Shown in pieces: positions 18,869 through 26,814 of a stretch of 64,000 bases of DNA (position 1 is its first letter; the number at the start of each line of letters is the position of its first letter). The translations under genes were made by a program, and so were the position numbers. The notes beneath the pieces are model-generated. The model saw only the letters and a list, made by a program, of their open reading frames with translations. It ran no database searches and was not told the DNA's origin. This stretch comes from Coraliomargaritaceae bacterium (GTDB lineage: Bacteria > Verrucomicrobiota > Verrucomicrobiia > Opitutales > Coraliomargaritaceae): contig CBFHKU010000007.1 of the NCBI GenBank assembly GCA_965656495.1, positions 2,781 through 66,780 on the forward strand. The letters are read 5' to 3'.

Positions 18869-19957
18869 TCATTTTGACTCTCCGGCGATAGCGGGTAGCC
18901 CAGTTGCGTCGTGTTCGCCCCTTTGTTCGCGCACGACCCGGATGATCTCCTCGGCCACAGTGTCTTGAATTCCCATGTCGAGATGACTTGTAAAGCCCAC
19001 ACATGAGCAGTTGATTTCTCCCAGGACGTAGCGATCGGAACCATCCGGCTTGGTGTCGAGCATGAAGTCGGCCGTCCAGATCAGGGGGGTCGGGTGCCCG
19101 CCGAGCCGATCGCGGATATATGGAAGTTCACTCAGGAAAAGATCGACGAGATGTTGCCACTTCTCGGGTGGGTCATAGGTGTATTGCGCACCCGAAAACA
19201 GTGTCGCTGAAAAGCCCCCCTCAGCAGGCTTTTTATCGACAACGAACACAGGCTTGCTTCCGACAAAAAGGATTCGAACCTCCCCTTCGACAATGCGTGG
19301 AAAATACCGCATATCGACGATCATTCCCCCATGGCCGCCGAGATACTGATCACAGTAGCGCATGAATTCCCCAAGCGGCTTTTCCTCGACATGGTTGTCG
19401 ACTGCTTCGGTGCATCGAACCAAAGTGCTCTCCGGCAAGGCTTCGCCCGGGACCACCTTTTGATGTCCGCTTGGCTCCACCCTCCATATGCCCGAACCGG
19501 TCGAACCACGATTTTGCTTGAGCACGCGCACGCCGGTGGAGAGGACTCTGGGGAATTTCTTTCGAAACGACTCCATGTCGTAATAGGCGTATGTGTCATC
19601 AGGAACCATTTCAAATTCCGTCAGCTTGACGAGGGCGTCTTTAGCTCCGAAGGCGATCATGGCGTCTGCGGTCGGCAAGCCCAGCATTCCTGCATGAGAG
19701 AGCTCTCTGAGAAACTCCAAATACACGGCCTCTCCACCGGGAATATGCCCAGGATTGATACGTGAGATGTAAGCATCGAAGCGGTTCGAGAGAGTCTCCG
19801 TCAATTCCACGCGCCGATCATTGGTATAGTAAACGACTTCGGCTTCCCAGCCTCGGTCACGCACGGCATTGACCATTGGCATGGTGTCCTTGCGGTGTCC
19901 GTCGCGGCATTTGTCGTTACCGCCTTCTACTTCGAGAAATACTACTGCTTTCTTCAT
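18869..19957 (-). CDS. Cj0069-family ATP-grasp (glutathione synthetase-like) protein
   Basis: GGNDKCRDGHRKDTMPMVNA, RVLKQNRGSTGSGIW, WTADFML, LGEINCSCVGF. Confidence 0.75.
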   Translation of the reverse strand: MKKAVVFLEVEGGNDKCRDGHRKDTMPMVNAVRDRGWEAEVVYYTNDRRVELTETLSNRFDAYISRINPGHIPGGEAVYLEFLRELSHAGMLGLPTADAMIAFGAKDALVKLTEFEMVPDDTYAYYDMESFRKKFPRVLSTGVRVLKQNRGSTGSGIWRVEPSGHQKVVPGEALPESTLVRCTEAVDNHVEEKPLGEFMRYCDQYLGGHGGMIVDMRYFPRIVEGEVRILFVGSKPVFVVDKKPAEGGFSATLFSGAQYTYDPPEKWQHLVDLFLSELPYIRDRLGGHPTPLIWTADFMLDTKPDGSDRYVLGEINCSCVGFTSHLDMGIQDTVAEEIIRVVREQRGEHDATGLPAIAGESK

Positions 19958-19992
19958 GGTTCAGGTGTCTTGGGATGTTGGTTATTACCGAA

Positions 19993-20053
19993 AACATGAA
20001 GGAGAGGGGCTTGTTGGAGCGGAGCGGAAATTCCCGTGATAATTTGTCTGATT
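19993..20053 (-). other. Degenerate attC site
   Basis: AATCAGAC...CCGCTCCGCTCC...TTCATGTT; same terminal pattern as the other sites, overlapping a stop codon and preceding the next gene; stem poorly paired. Confidence 0.5.
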
Positions 20054-20236
20054 AAGGTTTTTTCGCTTCTTGCGCTGCATTGTCATCTTTCAGAGCAAAG
20101 CCTTTACTTCTCTCGCATGCTTCGATGTTCATTTTATGAATACTTGATAAATAAATAGATTAAAATTTACAAATAATACAAACAACCTACACAATCAACA
20201 AAAATATATTATATGTTTAGTAAAATGAGCGATAGC

Positions 20237-20343
20237 CACGAAAAACCCGTTCATTCGCTGAAGCACGCCTCAGTTCCTGCAGCAAAGCGGCATTCTGTGC
20301 GGCTCGGCGGGTGAAAGTCAGAAAAATCTGTAATGCTGGGGCG
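20237..20343 (+). repeat. Gene-tail repeat X, copy C
   Basis: GCAGCAAAGCGGCATT..TGCGGCTCGGCGGG..GTCAGAAA..CTGTAATGC shared with 18271-18328. Confidence 0.8.
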
Positions 20344-20479
20344 TGGGGAGTGATTTGTTATCTATACATTGCAATGCTTGCAGGCTTTAGGGTCTGCGCC
20401 TTTACCCCTCCTACTACTAAATTTCCCTCAAACAGGTTTGTACCTGTGCTTAATTTTCTGCTAAGTTCCCCCTAATCTT

Positions 20480-21619
20480 ATGATATTATTTTTTCCCAAT
20501 GAGGTCGATGCGTTGGAACAGCGTTGTGCGGCGACGCCGGATTCGGTGCAGCGTCTGCGTGCGCTGGAGGGTGCGCCGGAGGTGCGGGTGGAACGGGGCC
20601 TGGGTCTGGGATGTGGATTCCCGGATGCGGCTTTTGAAGCGGCGGGTGCGGTCTTGGTGGATTCGCGGGAGGCGGGTTTGCGGGAGGCGACGCATGTGTT
20701 GCGCATCCATGCGCCGAGTGATGCGGCGTTGAAGGAGTATCCGAAGGGCGCGGTGTCGATCAGTCTGTTGGATCCGTTTAACAACCGTGCCTTGTTGGAT
20801 GCCTTTTCAGGAGCGGGGGTGGACGCGATCAGCTTGGAGATGATTCCGCGGACGACTTTGGCGCAGAAGATGGATGTGTTGAGTTCGCAGGCGAATTTGG
20901 CGGGCTATGCGGCGGTGGTTATGGCGTCGCAACTTTTAGGCAAGGTGGTGCCGATGATGATGACGCCTGCCGGAACGATATCGCCCGCACGGGTCTTTGT
21001 GATCGGGGTGGGGGTTGCCGGTTTGCAGGCCATCGCAACCGCGAAGCGTTTGGGTGCGCGGGTGGAAGCCTTTGATACGCGCGCGGTGGCGGAGGAACAG
21101 GTGAAGTCTCTCGGCGCAAAATTTGTGAAGATCGACCTCGGTGAGACGGGGGAAACGGAGGGCGGTTATGCGAGGGAATTGACGCCCGAGCAGATTGCAT
21201 TGCAGCAAGCGGGGATGGCAAAGGTCTGTGCCTCGGCGGATATTGTCATCACGACCGCGAAATTGTTTGGGCGTCCTGCGCCGCGCATTGTAACGGCGGA
21301 GATGCTCTCCGGGATGCGGGCCGGCGCGGTGGTGGTGGATCTGGCAGCGGAGACCGGCGGCAATGTTGAAGGCACGGTTCCCGGTGAAACGATCACAACC
21401 GATGGCGGGGTGAAAGTGGTGGGGACCCGTTGCCTGGAGGGCATGGTTGCCCGTGATGCCTCTGAAATGTTTGCCGCTAATCTATTCGCGCTGGTGGAGC
21501 ATTTTTACGATACGGAATCCGCGACTCTCGCGCTGGACCGCGAGGATGAAATCCTGAAGGGCTGCGTGATGGTGCGCCAGGGCGCGGTGGTGCATGAACA
21601 ATTTAAAACCCCTGTTTGA
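20480..21619 (+). CDS. pntA: NAD(P) transhydrogenase subunit alpha, part 1
   Basis: AQKMDVLSSQANLAGY, VIGVGVAGLQAIATAKRLGA, DLAAETGGN. Confidence 0.93.
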   Translation: MILFFPNEVDALEQRCAATPDSVQRLRALEGAPEVRVERGLGLGCGFPDAAFEAAGAVLVDSREAGLREATHVLRIHAPSDAALKEYPKGAVSISLLDPFNNRALLDAFSGAGVDAISLEMIPRTTLAQKMDVLSSQANLAGYAAVVMASQLLGKVVPMMMTPAGTISPARVFVIGVGVAGLQAIATAKRLGARVEAFDTRAVAEEQVKSLGAKFVKIDLGETGETEGGYARELTPEQIALQQAGMAKVCASADIVITTAKLFGRPAPRIVTAEMLSGMRAGAVVVDLAAETGGNVEGTVPGETITTDGGVKVVGTRCLEGMVARDASEMFAANLFALVEHFYDTESATLALDREDEILKGCVMVRQGAVVHEQFKTPV

Positions 21620-21620
21620 T

Positions 21621-21908
21621 ATGGAATTGGTACTCCTGCTTTTCATTTTTGTCCTCGCGGCATTTTTGGGCTTTGAGCTGATCGCGAAGGTGCCGTCGCA
21701 ATTGCACACCCCTTTGATGTCGGGCTCGAATGCGATTTCCGGTATTACGATTGTGGGTGCGATACTTGCGGCGGGGGCGTTTGAGTCGCCACTGGCGAAG
21801 TGGCTCGGTTTGGCGGCTCTGATTCTGGCAACGGTCAATGTGGTCGGCGGTTATCTCGTTACCGATCGAATGCTGGCGATGTTTAAAAAGAAGGGAGACT
21901 CGAAGTAA
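21621..21908 (+). CDS. pntA: NAD(P) transhydrogenase subunit alpha, part 2
   Basis: KVPSQLHTPLMSGSNAISG, NVVGGYLVTDRMLAMF. Confidence 0.92.
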   Translation: MELVLLLFIFVLAAFLGFELIAKVPSQLHTPLMSGSNAISGITIVGAILAAGAFESPLAKWLGLAALILATVNVVGGYLVTDRMLAMFKKKGDSK

Positions 21909-23305
21909 TGAATGCGGCTTTGCTCAACATCGCCTACATCGTGGCGGCGATTCTCTTTATTTTCGGGATCAAGATGCTCGGTTCTGCCGAGACCGCCCGG
22001 CGGGGGAATTTAATCTCGGCGCTGGGGATGCTCTTGGCGGTGGTGGTGACCTTGCTCAAATCGGGGATGGATTTCCGCTTGATAGGAATCGGTATCGGGG
22101 TGGGAACGGTGATCGGGGTAGTCTGGTCGCGGGTGGTCAAGATGACGGGCATGCCGGAACTGGTCGCTTTATTCAACGGCTTTGGTGGCTTGGCATCGGT
22201 GCTGGTCGCTTGGGCGGGCTATCAGGAAATCTTTGCAATGGGCGGCATGGACGCCTCGGTGCATCCGTCCTTTACCGCTTCGGTAACCTCCGCCGCGGTC
22301 TGGATCGGCGCTTTGACCTTTTCGGGGAGTGTGATCGCCTGGTTGAAACTGTCGGAAAAAATTTCGGGTAGTCCCACGGTCCTGCCGATGCAACGCCTGA
22401 TCGCGATCGGTTTGCTCTTGCTCTCGGTTGGCTCGGCGCTCGCCTACAGTATTTCTCCCGATGGCGGCTTCGCCTATCAACTCTTTCTGGTCGTCCTCAT
22501 TGGCGGTATCGGCCTCGGGCTCTTCGTGGTGCTTCCGATTGGTGGCGGTGACATGCCGGTGGTGATTTCCCTCCTGAACAGTCTTTCCGGACTCGCGGCC
22601 TCGGCGGCGGGATTTGCCATTCAAAATAATGTCCTGATCGTAGCGGGCTGCCTGGTTGGTTGCTCGGGATTGATCCTGACCGTGATCATGTGCAAAGCCA
22701 TGAATCGCACCCTCGCGCACGTCCTCTTCAGCGGCTTCGGCGGTCAGAGCGGCGGGGCATCGGAAGCGGTGGAGGGCGAGATGAAAGCGGCCTCGGTCTC
22801 GGATGCCTACTACGTGTTGGAGGCGGCCCGCTCGGTCGTGATTATCCCCGGTTACGGAATGGCGGTCGCGCAGGCGCAACACGTCGTCAAGGAACTCGGA
22901 GAACTCCTCGAGGAAAACGGCGCGGAGGTCTTTTACGCGATTCACCCCGTCGCCGGTCGGATGCCCGGGCACATGAACGTTCTCCTCGCCGAGTCCGATG
23001 TCCCCTACGAACAACTCGTGGAAATGGATTCCATCAACCCCCGCATGCCCTCGGTGGACGTCGCGATTGTGATTGGAGCCAACGACGTCGTGAATCCGGC
23101 CGCAAGCGACGATCCCGGAAGCCCGATTTACGGCATGCCGATCATTAAGGCGCATGAAGCCCGCACCGTGTATGCCCTGAAGCGCGGGCAGGGTGCCGGA
23201 TTCTCCGGACTCATTAACAAACTCTACTTCCTTGAAAAGACCCGCATGCTCTACGGCGATGCCAAAGAGACCGTCGCCGCCCTCGTCAACGAGCTGAAGG
23301 GGTAG
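21908..23305 (+). CDS. pntB: NAD(P) transhydrogenase subunit beta
   Basis: MPELVALFNGFGG, IGGGDMPVVIS, PGYGMAVAQAQ, HPVAGRMPGHMNV. Confidence 0.95.
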   Translation: MNAALLNIAYIVAAILFIFGIKMLGSAETARRGNLISALGMLLAVVVTLLKSGMDFRLIGIGIGVGTVIGVVWSRVVKMTGMPELVALFNGFGGLASVLVAWAGYQEIFAMGGMDASVHPSFTASVTSAAVWIGALTFSGSVIAWLKLSEKISGSPTVLPMQRLIAIGLLLLSVGSALAYSISPDGGFAYQLFLVVLIGGIGLGLFVVLPIGGGDMPVVISLLNSLSGLAASAAGFAIQNNVLIVAGCLVGCSGLILTVIMCKAMNRTLAHVLFSGFGGQSGGASEAVEGEMKAASVSDAYYVLEAARSVVIIPGYGMAVAQAQHVVKELGELLEENGAEVFYAIHPVAGRMPGHMNVLLAESDVPYEQLVEMDSINPRMPSVDVAIVIGANDVVNPAASDDPGSPIYGMPIIKAHEARTVYALKRGQGAGFSGLINKLYFLEKTRMLYGDAKETVAALVNELKG

Positions 23306-23460
23306 GGGTAGGGGCCTATCCAGAGATTTTGATGCTACCGTTTGGGTCGCAGCTGGCCATCGGCGGGGCAGGTCTATTCTTCGTTAAGAATAGGATTTAA
23401 ATTTGCCCGACAAAGGATTGACAAACACTCGTAGGATTGAATTATTTAACGCTTCTTTGC

Positions 23461-23538
<78 letters not shown>

Positions 23539-23583
23539 TCTGCCTTTGGGCGGTTGAGTTCCGACTGAGCGCTTCTTTCTACG

Positions 23584-23832
23584 ATGTATTTAGTTTACGT
23601 TTTGGAGAATCAGAAGAGTCGGCTTTACATTGGGCAGACCTCCGATCTAAAGCGTCGTTTAAAGCAGCACAATTAGCCTGGAGGCAAGGAGCATCTCGGG
23701 AAGTACACCCATCGTAATGGACGATGGACGTTAGTGGGGTGTGAAACGTATTCGACTAGGTCCGAAGCAATGCTTCGTGAAAAACAGCTGAAGTCATGGA
23801 AATCGCCGAAGAAGGTGAGGGCGCTTTTTTAA
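23584..23832 (+). pseudogene. Small GIY-YIG endonuclease with one in-frame TAG (23674-23676)
   Basis: MYLVYVLENQKSRLYIGQTSDLKRRLKQHN*PGG..KYT..RSEAMLREKQLKSWK. Confidence 0.88.
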
Positions 23833-23836
23833 CGGT

Positions 23837-23912
23837 GCGGTCGAGTCCCGACTGAGTCGGGATTAATCACCGGGTCGGTCGCAGATCCCGGTCGGGAGTT
23901 CGATCCCAGCCT
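23837..23912 (+). repeat. Partial tRNA-Asn copy interrupted by TCCCG..CGGGA palindromes
   Basis: GCGGTCGAG, TTAATCAC..GGTCG and GTTCGATCCCAGCCT are colinear with the tRNA; TCCCGACTGAGTCGGGA at 23846-23862 and TCCCGGTCGGGA at 23886-23897. Confidence 0.8.
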
Positions 23913-24006
23913 TACCGGGGTCCACGGTAGCGGTTTAGCCATGCTGGTGGTAAGGGTTGCATGACATCTGATTAGTAATACTGTTAAAACGCTAGGCGTT
24001 TGCGAC

Positions 24007-24035
24007 TTGCACCCGGAATTTCAGTGGGATAGTCT
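24007..24035 (+). promoter_or_regulatory. Putative sigma70 promoter (Pc-like) upstream of the cassettes
   Basis: TTGCAC-N17-TAGTCT. Confidence 0.5.
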
Positions 24036-24061
24036 GGAAATCATATAATAATTTGTTGTGT
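24036..24061 (+). other. attI-like site or first cassette junction
   Basis: AT-rich ATATAATAATTT followed by GTTGTGT (24055-24061), the exact complement of R'' ACACAAC (25955-25961); no hairpin upstream. Confidence 0.6.
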
Positions 24062-24126
24062 AAAAATAGAATAGAAGCTCGTGGATCGCTTGTATGCATG
24101 CCATCATCTCGCGTAAATCTAATGAT

Positions 24127-25293
24127 ATGGAACATGAAAAAACAGTAGCAGAATTTTTCGCAGGAATCGGTCTGATGCGTATTGGCCTTGAGAACGCAGG
24201 ATGGAAAACTGTCTTTGCGAATGACAATGATCCAGACAAAGAAGCTATTTACAGCCACAATTTTGAAGAAGAATATGGTCACTTTGTTTTGGACGACGTC
24301 CACAATCTTGTTTCGAAAAATATCCCTCCTGTTGATTTGGCGACAGCTTCCTTCCCATGCACCGACCTATCTCTTGCTGGGGCCAGAAAAGGTTTAGCTG
24401 GATCTGGATCAGGTGCTTTTTGGGGGTTTATAGACTGCATAAAGGGAATGGGACGACAGAAGCCCCACTTCATATTGCTTGAAAATGTTACAGGATTTCT
24501 CTCGTCGCATAACGGCTCTGATTTTGAATCAGCTTGTGTGGCTCTTAATGAACTGGGGTATTCAGTGGATCCATTCATTATTGATGCGTCCAATTTTGTC
24601 CCTCAAAGTCGGCAAAGATTATTTGTCGTGGGGGTTCGGGAGAATCCGATTCCGCACGTGGAAGAGGAGACTACTAGATTTTTTCAAAACTCTTGCCGCC
24701 CCGCAGCATTAGCAGATTTTATACTCTGGCATCCCGAAATAAATTGGAACATTCGTCCCCTCCCGGAATTACCCGTGAGCTCAAAAAGGCTGCCGGATAT
24801 TGTCGAAGAGTTGTCGCCTAATTCCAAACACTGGTGGTCTAAAGAAAGAGCCGATTATCTTCTTAATCAAATGAGTCCCCGACACAGAGCTATTGCGGAT
24901 GAAATGATTAGTGGAGAAGGCTTTTCTTATGGCACTGTGTTTCGTCGCGTTCGAAATGGAAGGTCGATGGCAGAACTAAGAACGGATGGAATCGCGGGCT
25001 GCCTGAGAACGCCACGCGGAGGTAGCGGACGACAAATTTTGTTTGTCGCAGGAAATGGTAAGTTTCAGGTAAGACTTTTAACACCTCGCGAGTGTGCCCG
25101 TTTAATGGGCGCTGATGATTATAAGCTGGATTCGGATCTGTCTCTTAATAAGGCACTTTTCGGGTTTGGAGACGCTGTGTGTGTCAGCGTTGTGGAATGG
25201 ATTGCGAGAAATTATCTCAATCCGATTTGGGAGCAGGAGAAAGAATTTTTAAAAGGTTCAAAGGGAAGAAATCAGTATGGGAAAAGAGTCTAA
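24127..25293 (+). CDS. DNA cytosine-5 methyltransferase
   Basis: Motifs EFFAGIG, FPCTDLS, LLENV, QSRQR, RLLTPRECARLMG; start chosen at MEHEK. Confidence 0.93.
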   Translation: MEHEKTVAEFFAGIGLMRIGLENAGWKTVFANDNDPDKEAIYSHNFEEEYGHFVLDDVHNLVSKNIPPVDLATASFPCTDLSLAGARKGLAGSGSGAFWGFIDCIKGMGRQKPHFILLENVTGFLSSHNGSDFESACVALNELGYSVDPFIIDASNFVPQSRQRLFVVGVRENPIPHVEEETTRFFQNSCRPAALADFILWHPEINWNIRPLPELPVSSKRLPDIVEELSPNSKHWWSKERADYLLNQMSPRHRAIADEMISGEGFSYGTVFRRVRNGRSMAELRTDGIAGCLRTPRGGSGRQILFVAGNGKFQVRLLTPRECARLMGADDYKLDSDLSLNKALFGFGDAVCVSVVEWIARNYLNPIWEQEKEFLKGSKGRNQYGKRV

Positions 25294-25972
25294 GAACAAT
25301 GAGCTTCCAGAAGAAGTATCAGCTATCCGAAGGGAGATCGGGGAATTTTTCGACAAACTTGACGATAAGAAAAGAAGAATTGGTAGTTCTACCCATGGCA
25401 TCTATGCTTTCTTCGATTACGACGAAGAGCCGATCTACGTTGGGCAAACTTACGAAAATCTCAGGGGGAGGGTTGGTCGCCATCTTACAAACCAGCGCAC
25501 AGATGCCGTAGCGATGAACGTGCTCGACCCGTTTGAAGTAGCTGAGATTGAAATTTGGCCACTTGACGATGCAGTCAAATCGCTTCCCGCTGATGAAGAT
25601 AAAAAGAGCTTCCTCAATAAAGCGGAGTATACCGTCTTCCGTAAAGTTTTGAAGAATTCTTCTTTAGGTGCGGTTTTAAATGAGAAGGAAATCATCGAAA
25701 CTGAAATCATCGATTTGCCAGAGTCTTATAGACAAAAGATCATCCCCGATTCGCTTTATAAGGCGAGGAAGCATCCAGATGTTAGGCTGGCAAGGCGCGC
25801 AAATACTATTGCAAACCTAGCAAGAGTTATAAGTGAACGGAGCGTTTCCAAGGGCTTGCGGCGCACACTTTTGACACAAGCACGCAGGCTAGAACTTCTA
25901 GCCTCTCGTCGCTTGAAAGAATTGGGAATCGAAGATCCGCGCGAAGAAAGTGAAACACAACAAGACGAGTGA
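25277..25972 (+). CDS. GIY-YIG nuclease, putative restriction partner
   Basis: GIYAFFDYDEEPIYVGQT...RVGRHL; overlaps the MTase gene; stop lies inside the attC. Confidence 0.8.
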   Translation: MGKESKNNELPEEVSAIRREIGEFFDKLDDKKRRIGSSTHGIYAFFDYDEEPIYVGQTYENLRGRVGRHLTNQRTDAVAMNVLDPFEVAEIEIWPLDDAVKSLPADEDKKSFLNKAEYTVFRKVLKNSSLGAVLNEKEIIETEIIDLPESYRQKIIPDSLYKARKHPDVRLARRANTIANLARVISERSVSKGLRRTLLTQARRLELLASRRLKELGIEDPREESETQQDE

Positions 25973-26018
25973 GGACAACGATTTTGGCTGCGCCAAAATC
26001 GCGCCTCATCTTGACGTT
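25959..26018 (+). other. attC site
   Basis: AAC-AAGAC-GAGTGAGG-ACAA-CGATTTTGGC-TGC-GCCAAAATCG-CG-CCTCATC-TTGAC-GTT. Confidence 0.9.
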
Positions 26019-26070
26019 AGCTAGATAACACAAGGATGACTTGTCAGACAGAAGAAAATGCTTATGCACA

Positions 26071-26268
26071 ATGCGTATTGCAGAAATTCAGGAAATGTCT
26101 AACAGGGAGAAACTTACGGCAATGGAGCAACTTTGGGATGCCATTTGCCATGGGAATGAAGAGCCGGAATCTCCATCCTGGCATCGACCTGTTTTAGAAT
26201 CCAGACGGCAAAAAATGGATTCAATAAATGCGGAATTCGTGACTTTAGAGCAGCTCAAAAAGAGCTAA
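26071..26268 (+). CDS. Addiction-module antitoxin-like protein (TIGR02574/Unstab_antitox-like), orphan
   Basis: MS..EKL.AME.LWDAI....ESPSWH..VLESRR pattern. Confidence 0.75.
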   Translation: MRIAEIQEMSNREKLTAMEQLWDAICHGNEEPESPSWHRPVLESRRQKMDSINAEFVTLEQLKKS

Positions 26269-26392
26269 GCAGTCGCTGGAGGTGACCGTCCTCGTTAACG
26301 CAAGTTCGGCACTCCGGCTTTAAGGTTCGAAGATACAATAAATCTCTGGCCACTTGCAGCCATTTTACCGCTAATACGTTTCTGGTTCGTAT
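26267..26392 (+). other. Degenerate or truncated long attC
   Basis: AGCTAAG (AAC to AAG) complements the cassette start GTTAGCT at 6/7; continues CAGTCG; internal GCAAGT/ACTTGC stem; right end unclear. Confidence 0.5.
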
Positions 26393-26814
26393 CTGGTTAA
26401 CAGGGTGTGTTGTGAGTGTTCTTCGACGGCGGTGGTATTGTGTGTTCTATCCCGCAGGGAGTTCTGAATCAGGGAAGGGCAGGGGGTTCGACCCAAGTGT
26501 TAGGATGCGGAGAAGCCTCCTCGTCCGTTCTGCCTAAACCTTCGTCCAATCCACAATCTTCAGCGGTGTCCATCTTTGTTATCTACTCAGGATAGATACC
26601 AATGCCGAGCTTTATTAATGATATTGCCGATTGCTTTGCCGGGGAGATCGACGGTGGAAATTTGCGGGGTGGTGTTCGGCGCTGCTGCGTTGCGGATGGC
26701 TTATGATGATGGTTGAGCCTTGTGTTTTGCTTTATTTTTAATCGAAAAGCCCTAGCACTAAAAAATAAATTTAATCTTTGCTATAAAGGCTTCTAATAGT
26801 TTATTTTGGTTTTT

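Noticed and set aside
16195..20053. Repeats as a CRISPR array or terminators
   Set aside because: They are variable in sequence and length, separated by whole genes, have no cas genes nearby and lack U-tracts; the geometry fits attC.
23674..23676. TAG as pyrrolysine or stop-codon reassignment
   Set aside because: TAG terminates many intact genes in the window and no pyl genes are seen; a nonsense mutation or sequencing error is simpler.
26400..26760. Toxin gene or ncRNA between the cassette array and acs
   Set aside because: No recognisable reading frame or structure; left unannotated.
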